From Myxococcota bacterium (lineage in GTDB: Bacteria > Myxococcota_A > Polyangia > Nannocystales > Nannocystaceae), in contig JBCCHT010000012.1 in the NCBI GenBank assembly GCA_039028615.1, positions 194,465 through 258,464 on the forward strand: a stretch of DNA of 64,000 nucleotides, in the 5' to 3' direction. The position numbers were made by a program, and so were the translations under genes. The notes under the pieces were generated by a model. That model was not told the origin of the DNA and searched no databases. It saw only the letters and a program-made list of their open reading frames with translations. Below, piece by piece: positions 51,904-62,453 of this stretch (position 1 is the first letter of the stretch; every line of letters starts with the position of its first letter).

Positions 51904-54900
51904 GATGAGGACGGAAAGGACTCGAGGAGGGCCGCGCGGGCCCCTTCGGAGAGCAGGGCCGCTCGGCGATCTTCGGGGAGGTCGAGCTGCTCGGCGAGGC
52001 GATCGAGCACGGAGAAGGTGGCGGCGTTCGGGCTGACCCCATGCAGCGTCTCGGCCTCGATGACCCACGGGCTGCGGTTGTCGACGAGCACGATGCGGCT
52101 GCCGTGCACCCCGGGGATGCGCGCCTTGAGGCCGGCCAGCTCGAGGGTGGCCACGCGACCGCTGATCTCGGGAGCGAGCCGCACCGACCAACGCTCGCCC
52201 CCCCGCCGTAGCTGGCGATTGACGTCATCGATGAGCTGGGTGCGGCAGGAGGCTTCGATGCGAGTGTGCCACAAGTCGAGATCGATGGCGCCCAGGGCAT
52301 CGGCCACGGTGTCGCCTTCGGGGCTGCGAGCATCGAGCACCACCGCGCCCGCCCGGCTCGCCCGCGTGGCCAGAGGCGGCCGCGCCGAGGTGCGATACAG
52401 CTTGCCCTTGGCCGCCAGCTCCCGCGCCCGCTGCAAGGAGATGGCACCGCCGTCGAGCACGGGCACCAAGGGGCGGTACAGCAGAGCCGACATCGCGCCG
52501 AAGGCCCCCGGCTGCTGCAACACGCCCTGGAGCAGCCGCGACAGATCGGCGCTGTCGTCGAGCTTGAAGGCCCGCCGCGTGCGTCGTCCCGCGATCGAGA
52601 GGATCACGCCGAGCAACAGCAGCCCGGCCACGCCCGAGAACGCCCACGAGGGCCACGCCCGGGACTCGCTCGCCGAGGACGAGGCCGCCGCGACTTCCTC
52701 GGGGCCTGCGCCCGGCTCGGGGCGAGGCGCCACCGCGGGCGCGGCCCCGGCCGGGGCCGCGGCGCCCGGTGGGGGTCGGGTGGGCGATGCCGGATCGACG
52801 CCGACGCCCGCCGCGACGCCACCGTCGGAGGGGCGATCGCTCGGGGCCTTGCCTCCGGGGGTCGCCGGATTCGTGGGTGGCCGCGCCGCCACCCGAGGCG
52901 CGGCCACAGCCGGGCGCTCGCTCGCATCGGCGATGTGCCAAAAGCCCCGCTCGTCGCGGTACTCGACCCATGCGTGGAGCCAGGGCAGCGCCTGCCCTTC
53001 GACCCCGAGATAACCCACCGCCAGCCGGGCGGGCACGTTCGCCGCCTGCAAGAGCGCCACGAGCAGGCCGTTTTGCACGTCGCAATCGCCCTTGCCCAGC
53101 TCGAGGGTGCGATCGATGAACCCCTGCCCGCGCTCGAGCGCCTCGGTGTGACGCAGCGACATCTCGGGCGAGCGGTCGTAAGCGACCTGCGCCCGCACGT
53201 AGCCGAGCAGCTTGCCCACGCGCTCGTTGACCGGCAGCTGCCGCAGGTCGCGAGTCTTTCGCTTCAGCTCCGCGGGCAGCTGCGAGACCACCTGGGGCGG
53301 CGGCGGCACGCCGGGATCGGCCGCCAGCGTGGTCTGGTAACGCAGCGCCCCTTCGGCCCCCGCGCCCAGGTCGAGGGCCGGGTGCCCGTGCTCGGTGGAG
53401 AACACCTCGATGCGCTGCCCGTCGAGGGTGAGGCTGCCGCCGACCAAGCGATGCCCGGTGGGCACGGGCAGGCGAACGACCCCGCGACCCCGCGTGGGCA
53501 ACGAGACGTCGAAGCAGTCGCGCACGCACTCGGCCCCGCGGTACAGGCCCGCGATGCGCACCTCGGCCTCGTGATCGGGCGCCCCGTCGTCACGCAGCGA
53601 AGGAAAGGTCAGCGCGGCGAAGTGCAGCCGCGTGGCCGAGGGCTCGTAGCTCAGCTGGATGGGCTCGGCCGCGCTGGGAGCCAGCACGTCGACCCGAGGC
53701 CCGCGGTAGCGATGGCCGAGATCCTCGTAGCTGCGCGGGGCCATGGCCCCCTCGGTCTTGGCCGCCACGCCCACCGCGATGGGGGCGGTGGCGTCGGCCT
53801 CGGCGGGCGCGTCGAGACCCCGACTGCCCCACAGCCCCAGCGACAGCAGCACCGCCGCGGCGGCCCCGATGGCCGAGCCGGTCAGCGTGCGCCAGGCCAA
53901 CGACTCGCGCAGCCGCGACCGCATGTGCTCGATGCCGCGGCGATACCAGGGCAAGGGCCGCGCGAAGGACAGCTGGCGCTCGACCAGGCGCTCGAGCTCG
54001 CGCTGGGCCAGCTTGACCAGGCGAGCCAGCGCCCGGCCGTCGCGAGCATCGGAGCGCGAGAGCATGACCTCGAGCGCCTCGCTCTCGAGCAGTGCCTGCG
54101 GCGCGAGGCCAGCGGGAAGCTCGGGGAACTGCACCCGGATCCGCGCCGTGTGGCGACCGGCGGGCGCGACCAGATCTTCGAGGCACGCCGCCGAGCGCAC
54201 CCGCAGGCCGCGGCAGAACAGCTCCACCCGCGGCGCCCGGCCCAGGCCCACCACGCCCCGCACCGAGCGGCGGCGGAACGAGGCGCTCGGCGCTTCGAGG
54301 GCGAACTCGGCGTTGGCGGCCCGGCCGTTGATGGTGATGGGCAGCGCCTCGTCGGTCGAGTCGCGGCGATGCAGGTACCGCGCGCTCTGCCAGACGGCGT
54401 CGTAGATCCGGTGTTCGAGCCGACCATCACGACGCGGCCGCTCGAGCATGATCTCGGTGCCGGGTCGCTCGGGCGGATCGACATGCTCCGCGTGCTCGAG
54501 CGTGCCGTCGAGGCGTACCGCCCACGGAGCCCCGCTGCGCGGGCGCGAACGAATGATGATCGACTTGGGGTCGAAGCGCAGAATCGACCAGAAGCCCACG
54601 CCGAACTTGCCGGCTTGGTTCTTGCGGTCTTCCTTGCTCGAGGCGTACAGCGCAAAGAGGTAGCGGCGGGCGTGCTCGAAGGTCATGCCCTCGCCGTCGT
54701 CGTGACACGCGACCCACTCGGTCACCCCGTCGGGGCCCGTGTTCTCTCCCACGGTGAACGCCACGGCGTTCGCGCCCGCGTCGCGCGAGTTCTGCAGCAG
54801 CTCGCGAACGAAGATCCACGGGTCCGGCCCGTAGCGATCGGCCTCGAGCCGCGCACGCTCGCGAAAGGCTCGGGACCTATCGGTCGCGCTCGGACCGGGC

Positions 54901-54923
54901 CCATTGGTCACGGATGCAAGCAT
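51900..54923 (-). CDS. GHKL ATPase fused to a TM-flanked transglutaminase-like domain
   Basis: RELLQNSRDAGA, DDGEGM, GKFGVGFWS, TM1, GDCDVQN...VPARLAVGY...HAWVEY..GFWHIAD, TM2. Confidence 0.82.
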   Translation of the reverse strand: MLASVTNGPGPSATDRSRAFRERARLEADRYGPDPWIFVRELLQNSRDAGANAVAFTVGENTGPDGVTEWVACHDDGEGMTFEHARRYLFALYASSKEDRKNQAGKFGVGFWSILRFDPKSIIIRSRPRSGAPWAVRLDGTLEHAEHVDPPERPGTEIMLERPRRDGRLEHRIYDAVWQSARYLHRRDSTDEALPITINGRAANAEFALEAPSASFRRRSVRGVVGLGRAPRVELFCRGLRVRSAACLEDLVAPAGRHTARIRVQFPELPAGLAPQALLESEALEVMLSRSDARDGRALARLVKLAQRELERLVERQLSFARPLPWYRRGIEHMRSRLRESLAWRTLTGSAIGAAAAVLLSLGLWGSRGLDAPAEADATAPIAVGVAAKTEGAMAPRSYEDLGHRYRGPRVDVLAPSAAEPIQLSYEPSATRLHFAALTFPSLRDDGAPDHEAEVRIAGLYRGAECVRDCFDVSLPTRGRGVVRLPVPTGHRLVGGSLTLDGQRIEVFSTEHGHPALDLGAGAEGALRYQTTLAADPGVPPPPQVVSQLPAELKRKTRDLRQLPVNERVGKLLGYVRAQVAYDRSPEMSLRHTEALERGQGFIDRTLELGKGDCDVQNGLLVALLQAANVPARLAVGYLGVEGQALPWLHAWVEYRDERGFWHIADASERPAVAAPRVAARPPTNPATPGGKAPSDRPSDGGVAAGVGVDPASPTRPPPGAAAPAGAAPAVAPRPEPGAGPEEVAAASSSASESRAWPSWAFSGVAGLLLLGVILSIAGRRTRRAFKLDDSADLSRLLQGVLQQPGAFGAMSALLYRPLVPVLDGGAISLQRARELAAKGKLYRTSARPPLATRASRAGAVVLDARSPEGDTVADALGAIDLDLWHTRIEASCRTQLIDDVNRQLRRGGERWSVRLAPEISGRVATLELAGLKARIPGVHGSRIVLVDNRSPWVIEAETLHGVSPNAATFSVLDRLAEQLDLPEDRRAALLSEGARAALLESFPSSS

Positions 54924-55046
54924 AGCGCGCCCATCCTCCCCAACACCCGACATCCTCACCCTCGCAGACCTCGCACGTGCGCGCACATGCCCCTGTTCCA
55001 ATATACGGTCAGCAACCGACATTTGGCCTCGACTATGGTGGGCCCG

Positions 55047-55535
55047 ATGAATCGAGCGCGCACTGCGATCGCATGCCTGTCGGCCTGTCTCGGGCTGGGG
55101 CTGCTGCCCGGCTGCGGAGACGACGGAACGACGAACGTCGGCATGACTCCGCCTCCGCCCGCAGATGGCGGCGCTGCATCCGGCACCACGACGGGCGCAG
55201 GCGAGTCGACGGCCGCCACCGAGCCCTGTCAGTGCCGACTCGATTGCACGTGCCCCGCCGATGGCTTCTGCGCGGCCCCGTTCTCGGTCGGCGATCCCGT
55301 CCCGGCCGACGAAGCGTTCGTCTGCCAGGCCGAGTGCGTCCCAGTTGGGGCCATCGCGTTGTGGTGCTCCGACGATGCCAGCTGCTGCGAGGGGAGCTGC
55401 GGCAAAGACGGGGTCTGCCATGTCGCCTCGGCGGACGAGGGCACGACCGACGGCGGCACCGATTCGTCGGGGTCCGAGAGCGGCTCGAGCTCGAGCGGAG
55501 GCTCGAGCTCGAGTTCAGGCGGCGACGGGGGTTAG
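55047..55535 (+). CDS. Small Cys-rich lipoprotein
   Basis: Lipobox LPGC, CQCRLDCTC and CSDDASCCEGSC, Ser/Gly tail. This is the 3' end of ORF 52266-55535. Confidence 0.68.
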   Translation: MNRARTAIACLSACLGLGLLPGCGDDGTTNVGMTPPPPADGGAASGTTTGAGESTAATEPCQCRLDCTCPADGFCAAPFSVGDPVPADEAFVCQAECVPVGAIALWCSDDASCCEGSCGKDGVCHVASADEGTTDGGTDSSGSESGSSSSGGSSSSSGGDGG

Positions 55536-55563
55536 CCCCGCCGCGCCTCGGAATGGCCCCCGC

Positions 55564-57369
55564 TCAGGCGAAGATCTGCTCGTCGAGCGCGGAAACGTCG
55601 CCCGACTGCACGACCTTGGCCCACGCCACCGCCTGCGGCAGCAGGTGATTGACGTAGAAGTCCAGCCCGAGGACCTTGCGGCGCCACAGCGGCTTGTCGC
55701 CGTGCTCGGCGATGAGCTTCTTGGCCACGCGCGCCTGATCGAGCGCCTCCATGGCCAGCAGCGTGTAGCCGAAGGTCTTGAGGAAGGGCACCGCCTGCAG
55801 GAACGCGGTGTCGATCTCGCGATCGCTGGCGAGCTTGCCCAGGTGCATGGCAGAGGCGCCGAGCTGGCCGATGCAGCGGTTGATGGCGCCACACTGGTCA
55901 CCGAAGCCCTCTTTGCCCGCGGCCTGGAGCACGGCCTGAGCGTCGGCCATCCACTCCATGAACAGCGCGCCGCTGTCGACCCGCATCTTGCGACCGAGCA
56001 GGTCCATGGCCTGGATGCCGTTGGTGCCCTCGTAGATCGCCTGGATCTTGGAGTCGCGGACGAGCTGCTCGACCGGGAACTCCTGGGTGAAGCCGTAGCC
56101 GCCGTAGACCTGGACCGCCATCGAGGCCATCTCGAACGACAGGTCGGTGCAGTGAGCCTTGAGCACCGGGATCAGCAGGTCCATGCGTCGGCGCAGGCGC
56201 TTGGCGAGCTTCTCGTCCTTGGTGGAGGCCGCGAGATCCTCGTCCATGGCCACGCGGTAGCAGGCGGCGCGGGTGGTCGCGGCGACGACCTGTAGGGTCA
56301 TGAGCATGCGACGCACGTCGGGGTGACGAACGATGGGCACGCGGCGGGCCTCGCCGTCGCGGGTGCGCATGAGCGAGGTGCCCTGCACGCGCTCGGTCGC
56401 GTACTGCACCGCATACTGGTAGGCGTTGTTCGACGTCGCGGAGGCCTGGCCGGCCACGCCGATGCGGGCCTCGTTCATCATGTGGAACATGACCGTGATG
56501 CCCTGACGCTCCTTGCCCACGAGCCAGCCCTTGCACGGGCCCTCGGCGCCGAGCGCCAGCACGCAGGTGGCAGAGCCGTTGATGCCCATCTTGTGCTCGA
56601 GGCCGACGACCTTGGCCCCGTTGCGGGCGCCCGTGTTGCCCTCTTCGTCGAACTCGTACTTGGGCACGAGGAACAGGCTCAGGCCCTTGGTGCCCTCGGG
56701 CGAGTCCGGCGTCCGAGCCAGCACCAGGTGCATGATGTTGTCGGCCAGATCGCTGTCACCACCGCTGATGAAGATCTTCTCGCCCTCGAGCAGGAACACG
56801 CCCTCCTCGTCCTTGGAGGGCACCGCCTTGCAGCGGTTGTCGCCCACCGAAGAGCCGGCGCCGGCCTCGGTCAGGCACATCGTGCCCGCCCACTCGCCGG
56901 TGAACATCTTGGTGGCCACCAGCTCCTGGAAGCGGGGCTGAGCGAAGGCCGCGATGACGCGGGCCGCGGCCGCGGTCAGGCCGGGATACATCATGAAGGC
57001 GCAGCACCCCGCGGTGAACAGGTCGTTGCAGACCATGCTGACCGCGCGGGGCATGCCCACGCCGCCGAGCTCGGGCGGGGCGGACGGCGCGATCCAGCCG
57101 CCCTCGGCCATTTGGGTCCACGCGTTGCCGTAGCCGTCGGGCGTGGTGACCTTGCCGTCCTCGAGCGTACAGCCCTGGCGATCGCCGGGGCCGTCGATGG
57201 GGTGCAGGACCTCCTCGGTCAGGCGCTTGATCTCGCGAAAGGTCGCCGCGTAGGTGTCTCGATCCAGCTCGGCGTAAGGCTCCAGCTCTGCGAGGCGCTC
57301 GTGGCCCTTCAGCTGGTCGAAGAACACGAATTCCACATCGTCGATGTCGACTTTGAAGGGCGTACTCAT
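55564..57369 (-). CDS. Acyl-CoA dehydrogenase (long type)
   Basis: GTMCLTE, GEKIFISGG, EHKMGINGS, FHMMNEAR, QVYGGYGF, IYEGTNGIQ. Confidence 0.95.
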   Translation of the reverse strand: MSTPFKVDIDDVEFVFFDQLKGHERLAELEPYAELDRDTYAATFREIKRLTEEVLHPIDGPGDRQGCTLEDGKVTTPDGYGNAWTQMAEGGWIAPSAPPELGGVGMPRAVSMVCNDLFTAGCCAFMMYPGLTAAAARVIAAFAQPRFQELVATKMFTGEWAGTMCLTEAGAGSSVGDNRCKAVPSKDEEGVFLLEGEKIFISGGDSDLADNIMHLVLARTPDSPEGTKGLSLFLVPKYEFDEEGNTGARNGAKVVGLEHKMGINGSATCVLALGAEGPCKGWLVGKERQGITVMFHMMNEARIGVAGQASATSNNAYQYAVQYATERVQGTSLMRTRDGEARRVPIVRHPDVRRMLMTLQVVAATTRAACYRVAMDEDLAASTKDEKLAKRLRRRMDLLIPVLKAHCTDLSFEMASMAVQVYGGYGFTQEFPVEQLVRDSKIQAIYEGTNGIQAMDLLGRKMRVDSGALFMEWMADAQAVLQAAGKEGFGDQCGAINRCIGQLGASAMHLGKLASDREIDTAFLQAVPFLKTFGYTLLAMEALDQARVAKKLIAEHGDKPLWRRKVLGLDFYVNHLLPQAVAWAKVVQSGDVSALDEQIFA

Positions 57370-57643
57370 TGGCGCCGGGAGGATAGCAGGGCGGACCCGA
57401 TATGGCCGGTGTTGGCGGGTTGCGCCGATGGAGGTTCACCACGCGAAAGCGCGCGGTTTAGCGCTCTTCCCGCGACGCTCGAGCGTTCCTCCGTGAGCCG
57501 CGCGATCACGCGTGGTGCTCGCTTGAGCCGTATCAACTTGTGTGGTTCGCTCCCTTACGTCCGCTGAAACTCGACTCGTAGAACCAACGTGCCGTGTCCC
57601 CCGCGCAAAGGGACGGACGACGCCGCGCAGGAAACACCATCCG

Positions 57644-58051
57644 ATGAGCGAACAAAAGCCGAGCACCATCGAATTCGTGGAGCCCTGCGTCGTCGAGCTG
57701 GAGCTGTTCGGTGACATCGACCAGGCGGAGCTGGCCCTGCTCATCGACGAGTTCGAACCGAAGGTTTGGAAGCAGCCCTTCATGGGCCTGCAGCTGGGCA
57801 TGCAGCAGACGACCAGCGTCACGCCCGAAGCTCGTCGACTCGGCGCCGAGCGCTTCTCGATGCTGCCCAACATGTTCGTCGCCGTGGTGACCGAGAGCTT
57901 CAGCCAGCGGATGATCGCCAAGCTGGTGATGACCGCCCTGCAGCTGCTCAAGCCGGGCCATGTGATCGCCGAGTTCTTCAGCGACCCCGAGGGCGCCCGC
58001 GCGTGGCTACGCGAGCAGGTCACGACCCACGAGACCTTCCCCGTCGAGTGA
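57644..58051 (+). CDS. STAS/SEC14 (SpoIIAA)-like protein
   Basis: SVTPEARR, VAVVTESFSQRMIAKL, FFSDPEGARAWL. Confidence 0.7.
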   Translation: MSEQKPSTIEFVEPCVVELELFGDIDQAELALLIDEFEPKVWKQPFMGLQLGMQQTTSVTPEARRLGAERFSMLPNMFVAVVTESFSQRMIAKLVMTALQLLKPGHVIAEFFSDPEGARAWLREQVTTHETFPVE

Positions 58052-58099
58052 TCGGGCCAACCTCGCCAGCCCGGCACCCGCGCTGATACGCTCGCGTTC

Positions 58100-59476
58100 G
58101 TGCGTTTTTGGGACTCCGGGATCGTCGTCGACCTTCTGATCCTGGCCTTCGTCCTCGGGATCGCGATGGTGCTGATCCGCTCGGTCGGCGTCCTGCGTCG
58201 GCTGGCCCTGCCCAATGCCATCGTCGCCGGCCTCATCGGTCTGTTGCTCGGGCCCAGCGCGCTGGGGGTCCTGCCCACCGACATCGAGGCGATGGAGCTC
58301 ATCGTCTATCACGCGTTCGCGGTGATCTTCATCGCGGTGGGGCTGCAGGCCACGCCCAAGACGGAGCGACCCGGCTCGGCCCGATCGCTGGCCGTGGCCA
58401 ATGCCTCCATCGGCGTGCTCCAGGCGATCTTGGGGCTGTTGTTCGTCGCGGTGTGGCTGACCTTCGACGACTCGGTGCACTCCGGCTTCGGCTTCCTCGT
58501 CACCGAGGGCTTCCAGCAGGGTCCGGGTCAGGCCCTCACGCTGGGCAAGGGCTGGGAAGACTCGGGCATGCAGGACGGGGTTCAGCTCGGGCTCATCTTC
58601 GCCACCCTCGGCTTCTTGTACTGCATCGTGCTCGGCATCCCCATGGTGGCCATCGCCCGCCGCAAGGGGCTCATCGGTCCGCTGCAGATGTCCGAAGAGG
58701 AAGCGGCCGAGACCGCCTCCGCGTCGACCGACGCACAGGCGGACGCCAGCCTCGAGCCGCTGTCGACTCAGCTCATCATGGTGGGCTGCGTCTACCTGCT
58801 CGTGTTCGTGTTCATCGAGGGCATCGTGTCGCTGCTGCCTCCGGGCGCAAAGCTGAGCAACACCGCCTACGCGATGCACTTCATCTTCGGCTCGCTGTTC
58901 GCGATCGGCCTGCGCTACGCCGCCCGCCGCACGAAGCGAGAGGGCCCCTTCCGCGACGACATGCTCGCGCGCATCTCCGTCGTCGCCGTCGACATCACCA
59001 CCGCGGGCGCGATCTCGGCGGTGAGCCTCGACGTGCTGCAAACCTGGTTGGTGCCGGTCCTGTTGATGACGGTGATGGCGGGCGGGCTCACGCTGCTGGG
59101 CTGCCTGTGGCTGGCTCGCCGGGCGTTCCCCGAGTCACCCTTCGGTCACACGCTGGTGCTGTTCGGCATGGGCACCGGTACGGTCTCTACCGGACTCGCC
59201 CTGCTGCGCATGCTCGATCCCGAATTGCGCGGGACCGTCGCTCGCAACGCCGTCATCGGCGCGACCGTCTCCGTGCCGTTCAACGCCCCCATGTTCGTGG
59301 TGGTGATTCCCTTGGCGTTCGGGCTGTCGTCGCAGGGGCCCCTGGTGGCAGTGGGTGGCCCGCTGGCCATGCTGGTGGTCTACCTCCTGGTCCTAATCGC
59401 CTGTTGGCAGTCCCTGACGCCCCTTCGGGTGCTACGGCCACTTCGCTCCCTTTGGCCGCCGGACCCCGACGAATGA
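58100..59476 (+). CDS. Sodium/glutamate symporter family (GltS-like) transporter
   Basis: About 12 hydrophobic segments, LPNAIVAGLIG, GFQQGPGQA, FGMGTGTVSTGLALLR. Confidence 0.78.
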   Translation: MRFWDSGIVVDLLILAFVLGIAMVLIRSVGVLRRLALPNAIVAGLIGLLLGPSALGVLPTDIEAMELIVYHAFAVIFIAVGLQATPKTERPGSARSLAVANASIGVLQAILGLLFVAVWLTFDDSVHSGFGFLVTEGFQQGPGQALTLGKGWEDSGMQDGVQLGLIFATLGFLYCIVLGIPMVAIARRKGLIGPLQMSEEEAAETASASTDAQADASLEPLSTQLIMVGCVYLLVFVFIEGIVSLLPPGAKLSNTAYAMHFIFGSLFAIGLRYAARRTKREGPFRDDMLARISVVAVDITTAGAISAVSLDVLQTWLVPVLLMTVMAGGLTLLGCLWLARRAFPESPFGHTLVLFGMGTGTVSTGLALLRMLDPELRGTVARNAVIGATVSVPFNAPMFVVVIPLAFGLSSQGPLVAVGGPLAMLVVYLLVLIACWQSLTPLRVLRPLRSLWPPDPDE

Positions 59477-59579
59477 GAGTTTTCGCCGGCTCTTGCCCGA
59501 TCCGGCGCCTTTTTCTATAGCAGTGCAAACGGATGGCTGGCCGGACGCTGCCCGACCGCAGCCCCCAGGAGATGAGCCC

Positions 59580-62453
59580 ATGACCCCTCTCGAGAAGCTG
59601 GCGACGCAGGGCCAATCGATCTGGCTCGACTACATCCGCAGAGGCATGACTCGCAGTGGCGAGCTGTCGCGCCTCGTGAAGGAGCAGGGCCTGCGAGGCA
59701 TGACCTCGAACCCCGCGATCTTCCAGAAGGCAATTACGGGTAGCGACGACTACGACGACGTCCTCGGTGAGTTCATCGCCGACGCCGAGCTCGACGCCAA
59801 GCAGATCTTCGAGCGCCTCGCGGTGGTCGACATCCAAGAGGCCGCCGACGCCCTGCGCCCGGTCTACGACGAGACCAAAGGCCTCGACGGCTACGTCAGC
59901 CTCGAGGTCTCGCCCAGCCTGGCCTTCGACGCCGAGGGCACCATCGAGGAAGCCCGGCGTCTGTGGCAGGCGGTCGACCGACCCAACCTGATGATCAAGG
60001 TGCCGGGCACGCCTCCGGGCCGCGCCGCGATCGAGCAGCTCATCGCCGAGGGCATCAACGTCAACGTCACCCTGATCTTCGCGCGCGAGGACTACCGGGC
60101 GATCGCCTGGGCCTACGTGACCGGGCTCGAGCGCCGCGCCGCCGCGGGTGATCCGGTCGGGCACGTGGCCAGCGTGGCCAGCTTCTTCGTCAGTCGCATC
60201 GACAGCGAGGTCGACGGGCGCCTGAACGCCCTGCGAGCCGCCACCGACGACGAGGCCGCGCACCGCCGCATCGACGGGCTGCTCGGCGTGGCCGCGGTGG
60301 CGAACGCCAAGCTCGCCTACGCGATCTACCAGGAGATCTCCACGTCCGAGCGCTGGAAGGCCCTGGTCGACAAAGGTGCCCAACCCCAGCGCCTCCTGTG
60401 GGCGAGCACGGGCACCAAGAATGCCGCGTACAGCGACGTGAAGTACGTCGACGAGCTGGTCGGTCCCGACACCGTCAACACGGTGCCGCCCAAGACCTTC
60501 GAGGCCTTCTGCGACCACGGCAACCCGACCCCCGCGCTGCTCGACGGCGCCGAGCAGGCGGCCCGATCGATTCGCGACCTCGAGGAGGTCGGCGTGTCGC
60601 TCGACGAGGTCACCGACCTGCTGCTCGCCCGCGGCGTGGCCCTGTTCGAGGACGCCATCGATGCCCTCATGGCCACCATCGCGCAGATGCAGCGACGCCA
60701 GCGGGGGCCCCGGCTCGACCGTACCGGCTCCACCCTGCCGCCCGCCCTGACCGAGAAGGTCGCCGAGGCCATGAAAGCCTGGGACGCGGCGGGCAACACC
60801 GGTCGACTCTGGCGCAAGGATCCCACGCTGTGGACCGACTCCGGGGAGGACCGCTGGCTGGGCTGGCTCGACATCGTCGACGCCCAGCGTGAGCGTCACG
60901 ACCTGTTCGCCGAGCTTTCGGGCATGGTGCGCGGCCGCGGCTTCACCCATGCCCTGCTCATCGGCATGGGCGGCTCGAGCCTGGGCCCCGACGTCCTTGC
61001 CCAGACCTTCGGTGCCTTCGTGCCCAAGGGCTCGCCGCAGCTGGCCATCGTCGACTCCACCGACCCCGGGCAGATCGCCGCCATCGAGGCCTCGGTCCCG
61101 CTCGAGACCACGCTGTTCATCGTCTCCAGCAAGTCGGGCAGCACGCTCGAGCCCAAGGTCATCCTCCAGCACTTCCTCACCCGCATGAAGAAGGAGCGCG
61201 GCGAGGGCGAGGCGGGGCGGCACTTCATCGCCATCACCGATCCCGGCTCCAAGCTCGAGCAGCTCGCCAAGGACGAGGGCTTCCTGCGCATCCTCTCCGG
61301 CGTGCCCGAGATCGGCGGACGCTTCTCCGCCTTCTCGCACTTCGGCATCGTGCCCGCGGCCGCCATGGGCATGGACGCGACCGGCTTCCTCGACGAGGCC
61401 GCGCTCATGGTCGACGCCTGCCGCAGCGAGGTGGCCGAGGAAAACCCCGGCGTGCAGCTGGGCATCGTGCTCGGTGCGGCCGCCAACGCGGGCCGCGACA
61501 AGCTCACCCTGGTGGCCTCGCCTCGCGTGGCGCTGTTCGGGGCCTGGCTCGAGCAGCTCGTGGCCGAGTCGACCGGCAAGCTGGGCAAGGCGATCATCCC
61601 GCTCGAAGGCGAGCCCTTGCGCCCCCCCGCTCAGTACGGCGACGACCGGCTCTTCGTGTACCTGCGCCTGCGCTCCACCCCCGACGCGGCTCAGGACCGC
61701 GCCATGGCGGCGATCGAGGCGGCCGGGCACCCCGTGGTGCACATCGAGCTCGACGACATCCACGCCCTGAGCCAGGAGATGTTCCGCTGGGAGGTCGCCA
61801 CCGCGGTCGCGGGCGCCCTGATGAACATCAACCCCTTCGACCAGCCCGACGTCGAGTCGGCCAAGGTCGAGGCGCGGGCCATGATGGAGGCCTACGAGCG
61901 CGACGGGGCCTTCCCGGCCGAGACGCCCATCCTCGAGCAGGACGGCATGGCCCTGCACACCGACGAGGCCAACGCCAGCGCGCTGCGAGACGCGGCCGGC
62001 AAAGACGGCGACCTCGTCGGCCTCCTGCGGGCACACTTGGCACGCATCCAGCTGCGCGACTACTTCGCCCTGCTCGCGTTCCTGCCCATGAACGACGAGA
62101 ACACGCGGATGCTCCAGCGCATGCGCGCGCGGGTGCTCAAGCGTCGCGGCGCGGCCACGTGCCTGGGCTTCGGCCCCCGCTTCCTGCACTCGACCGGCCA
62201 GGCCTACAAGGGCGGCCCGGGCAACGGCGTGTTCTTGCAGGTCACGTGTGACGACGCCGTCGACCTGCCCGTGCCGGGGCAGCGCTACAGTTTCGGGGTG
62301 GTGAAGACCGCCCAAGCCCGCGGAGACTTCGAGGTCCTGGTCAGTCGCCAGCGCCGAGCCCTCCGCGTTCACCTGGGTTCTGACATTGCAGCCGGACTGG
62401 CTGCACTCGACGCGGCCATCACTGCGGCCGTGGAGGAGGACACCGGACCATGA
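59580..62453 (+). CDS. Bifunctional transaldolase / glucose-6-phosphate isomerase
   Basis: QSIWLD, GMTSNP, VSLEVSP, NLMIKVP and LWASTG (Tal), then IGMGGSSLG, SKSGST, GGRFS, EQLVAESTGK and PFDQPDVE (Pgi). Confidence 0.95.
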   Translation: MTPLEKLATQGQSIWLDYIRRGMTRSGELSRLVKEQGLRGMTSNPAIFQKAITGSDDYDDVLGEFIADAELDAKQIFERLAVVDIQEAADALRPVYDETKGLDGYVSLEVSPSLAFDAEGTIEEARRLWQAVDRPNLMIKVPGTPPGRAAIEQLIAEGINVNVTLIFAREDYRAIAWAYVTGLERRAAAGDPVGHVASVASFFVSRIDSEVDGRLNALRAATDDEAAHRRIDGLLGVAAVANAKLAYAIYQEISTSERWKALVDKGAQPQRLLWASTGTKNAAYSDVKYVDELVGPDTVNTVPPKTFEAFCDHGNPTPALLDGAEQAARSIRDLEEVGVSLDEVTDLLLARGVALFEDAIDALMATIAQMQRRQRGPRLDRTGSTLPPALTEKVAEAMKAWDAAGNTGRLWRKDPTLWTDSGEDRWLGWLDIVDAQRERHDLFAELSGMVRGRGFTHALLIGMGGSSLGPDVLAQTFGAFVPKGSPQLAIVDSTDPGQIAAIEASVPLETTLFIVSSKSGSTLEPKVILQHFLTRMKKERGEGEAGRHFIAITDPGSKLEQLAKDEGFLRILSGVPEIGGRFSAFSHFGIVPAAAMGMDATGFLDEAALMVDACRSEVAEENPGVQLGIVLGAAANAGRDKLTLVASPRVALFGAWLEQLVAESTGKLGKAIIPLEGEPLRPPAQYGDDRLFVYLRLRSTPDAAQDRAMAAIEAAGHPVVHIELDDIHALSQEMFRWEVATAVAGALMNINPFDQPDVESAKVEARAMMEAYERDGAFPAETPILEQDGMALHTDEANASALRDAAGKDGDLVGLLRAHLARIQLRDYFALLAFLPMNDENTRMLQRMRARVLKRRGAATCLGFGPRFLHSTGQAYKGGPGNGVFLQVTCDDAVDLPVPGQRYSFGVVKTAQARGDFEVLVSRQRRALRVHLGSDIAAGLAALDAAITAAVEEDTGP

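Noticed and set aside
52266..55046. 1089-aa plus-strand ORF
   Set aside because: Only the last 162 codons (lipoprotein from 55047) look real. The rest is antisense to the GHKL-transglutaminase gene.
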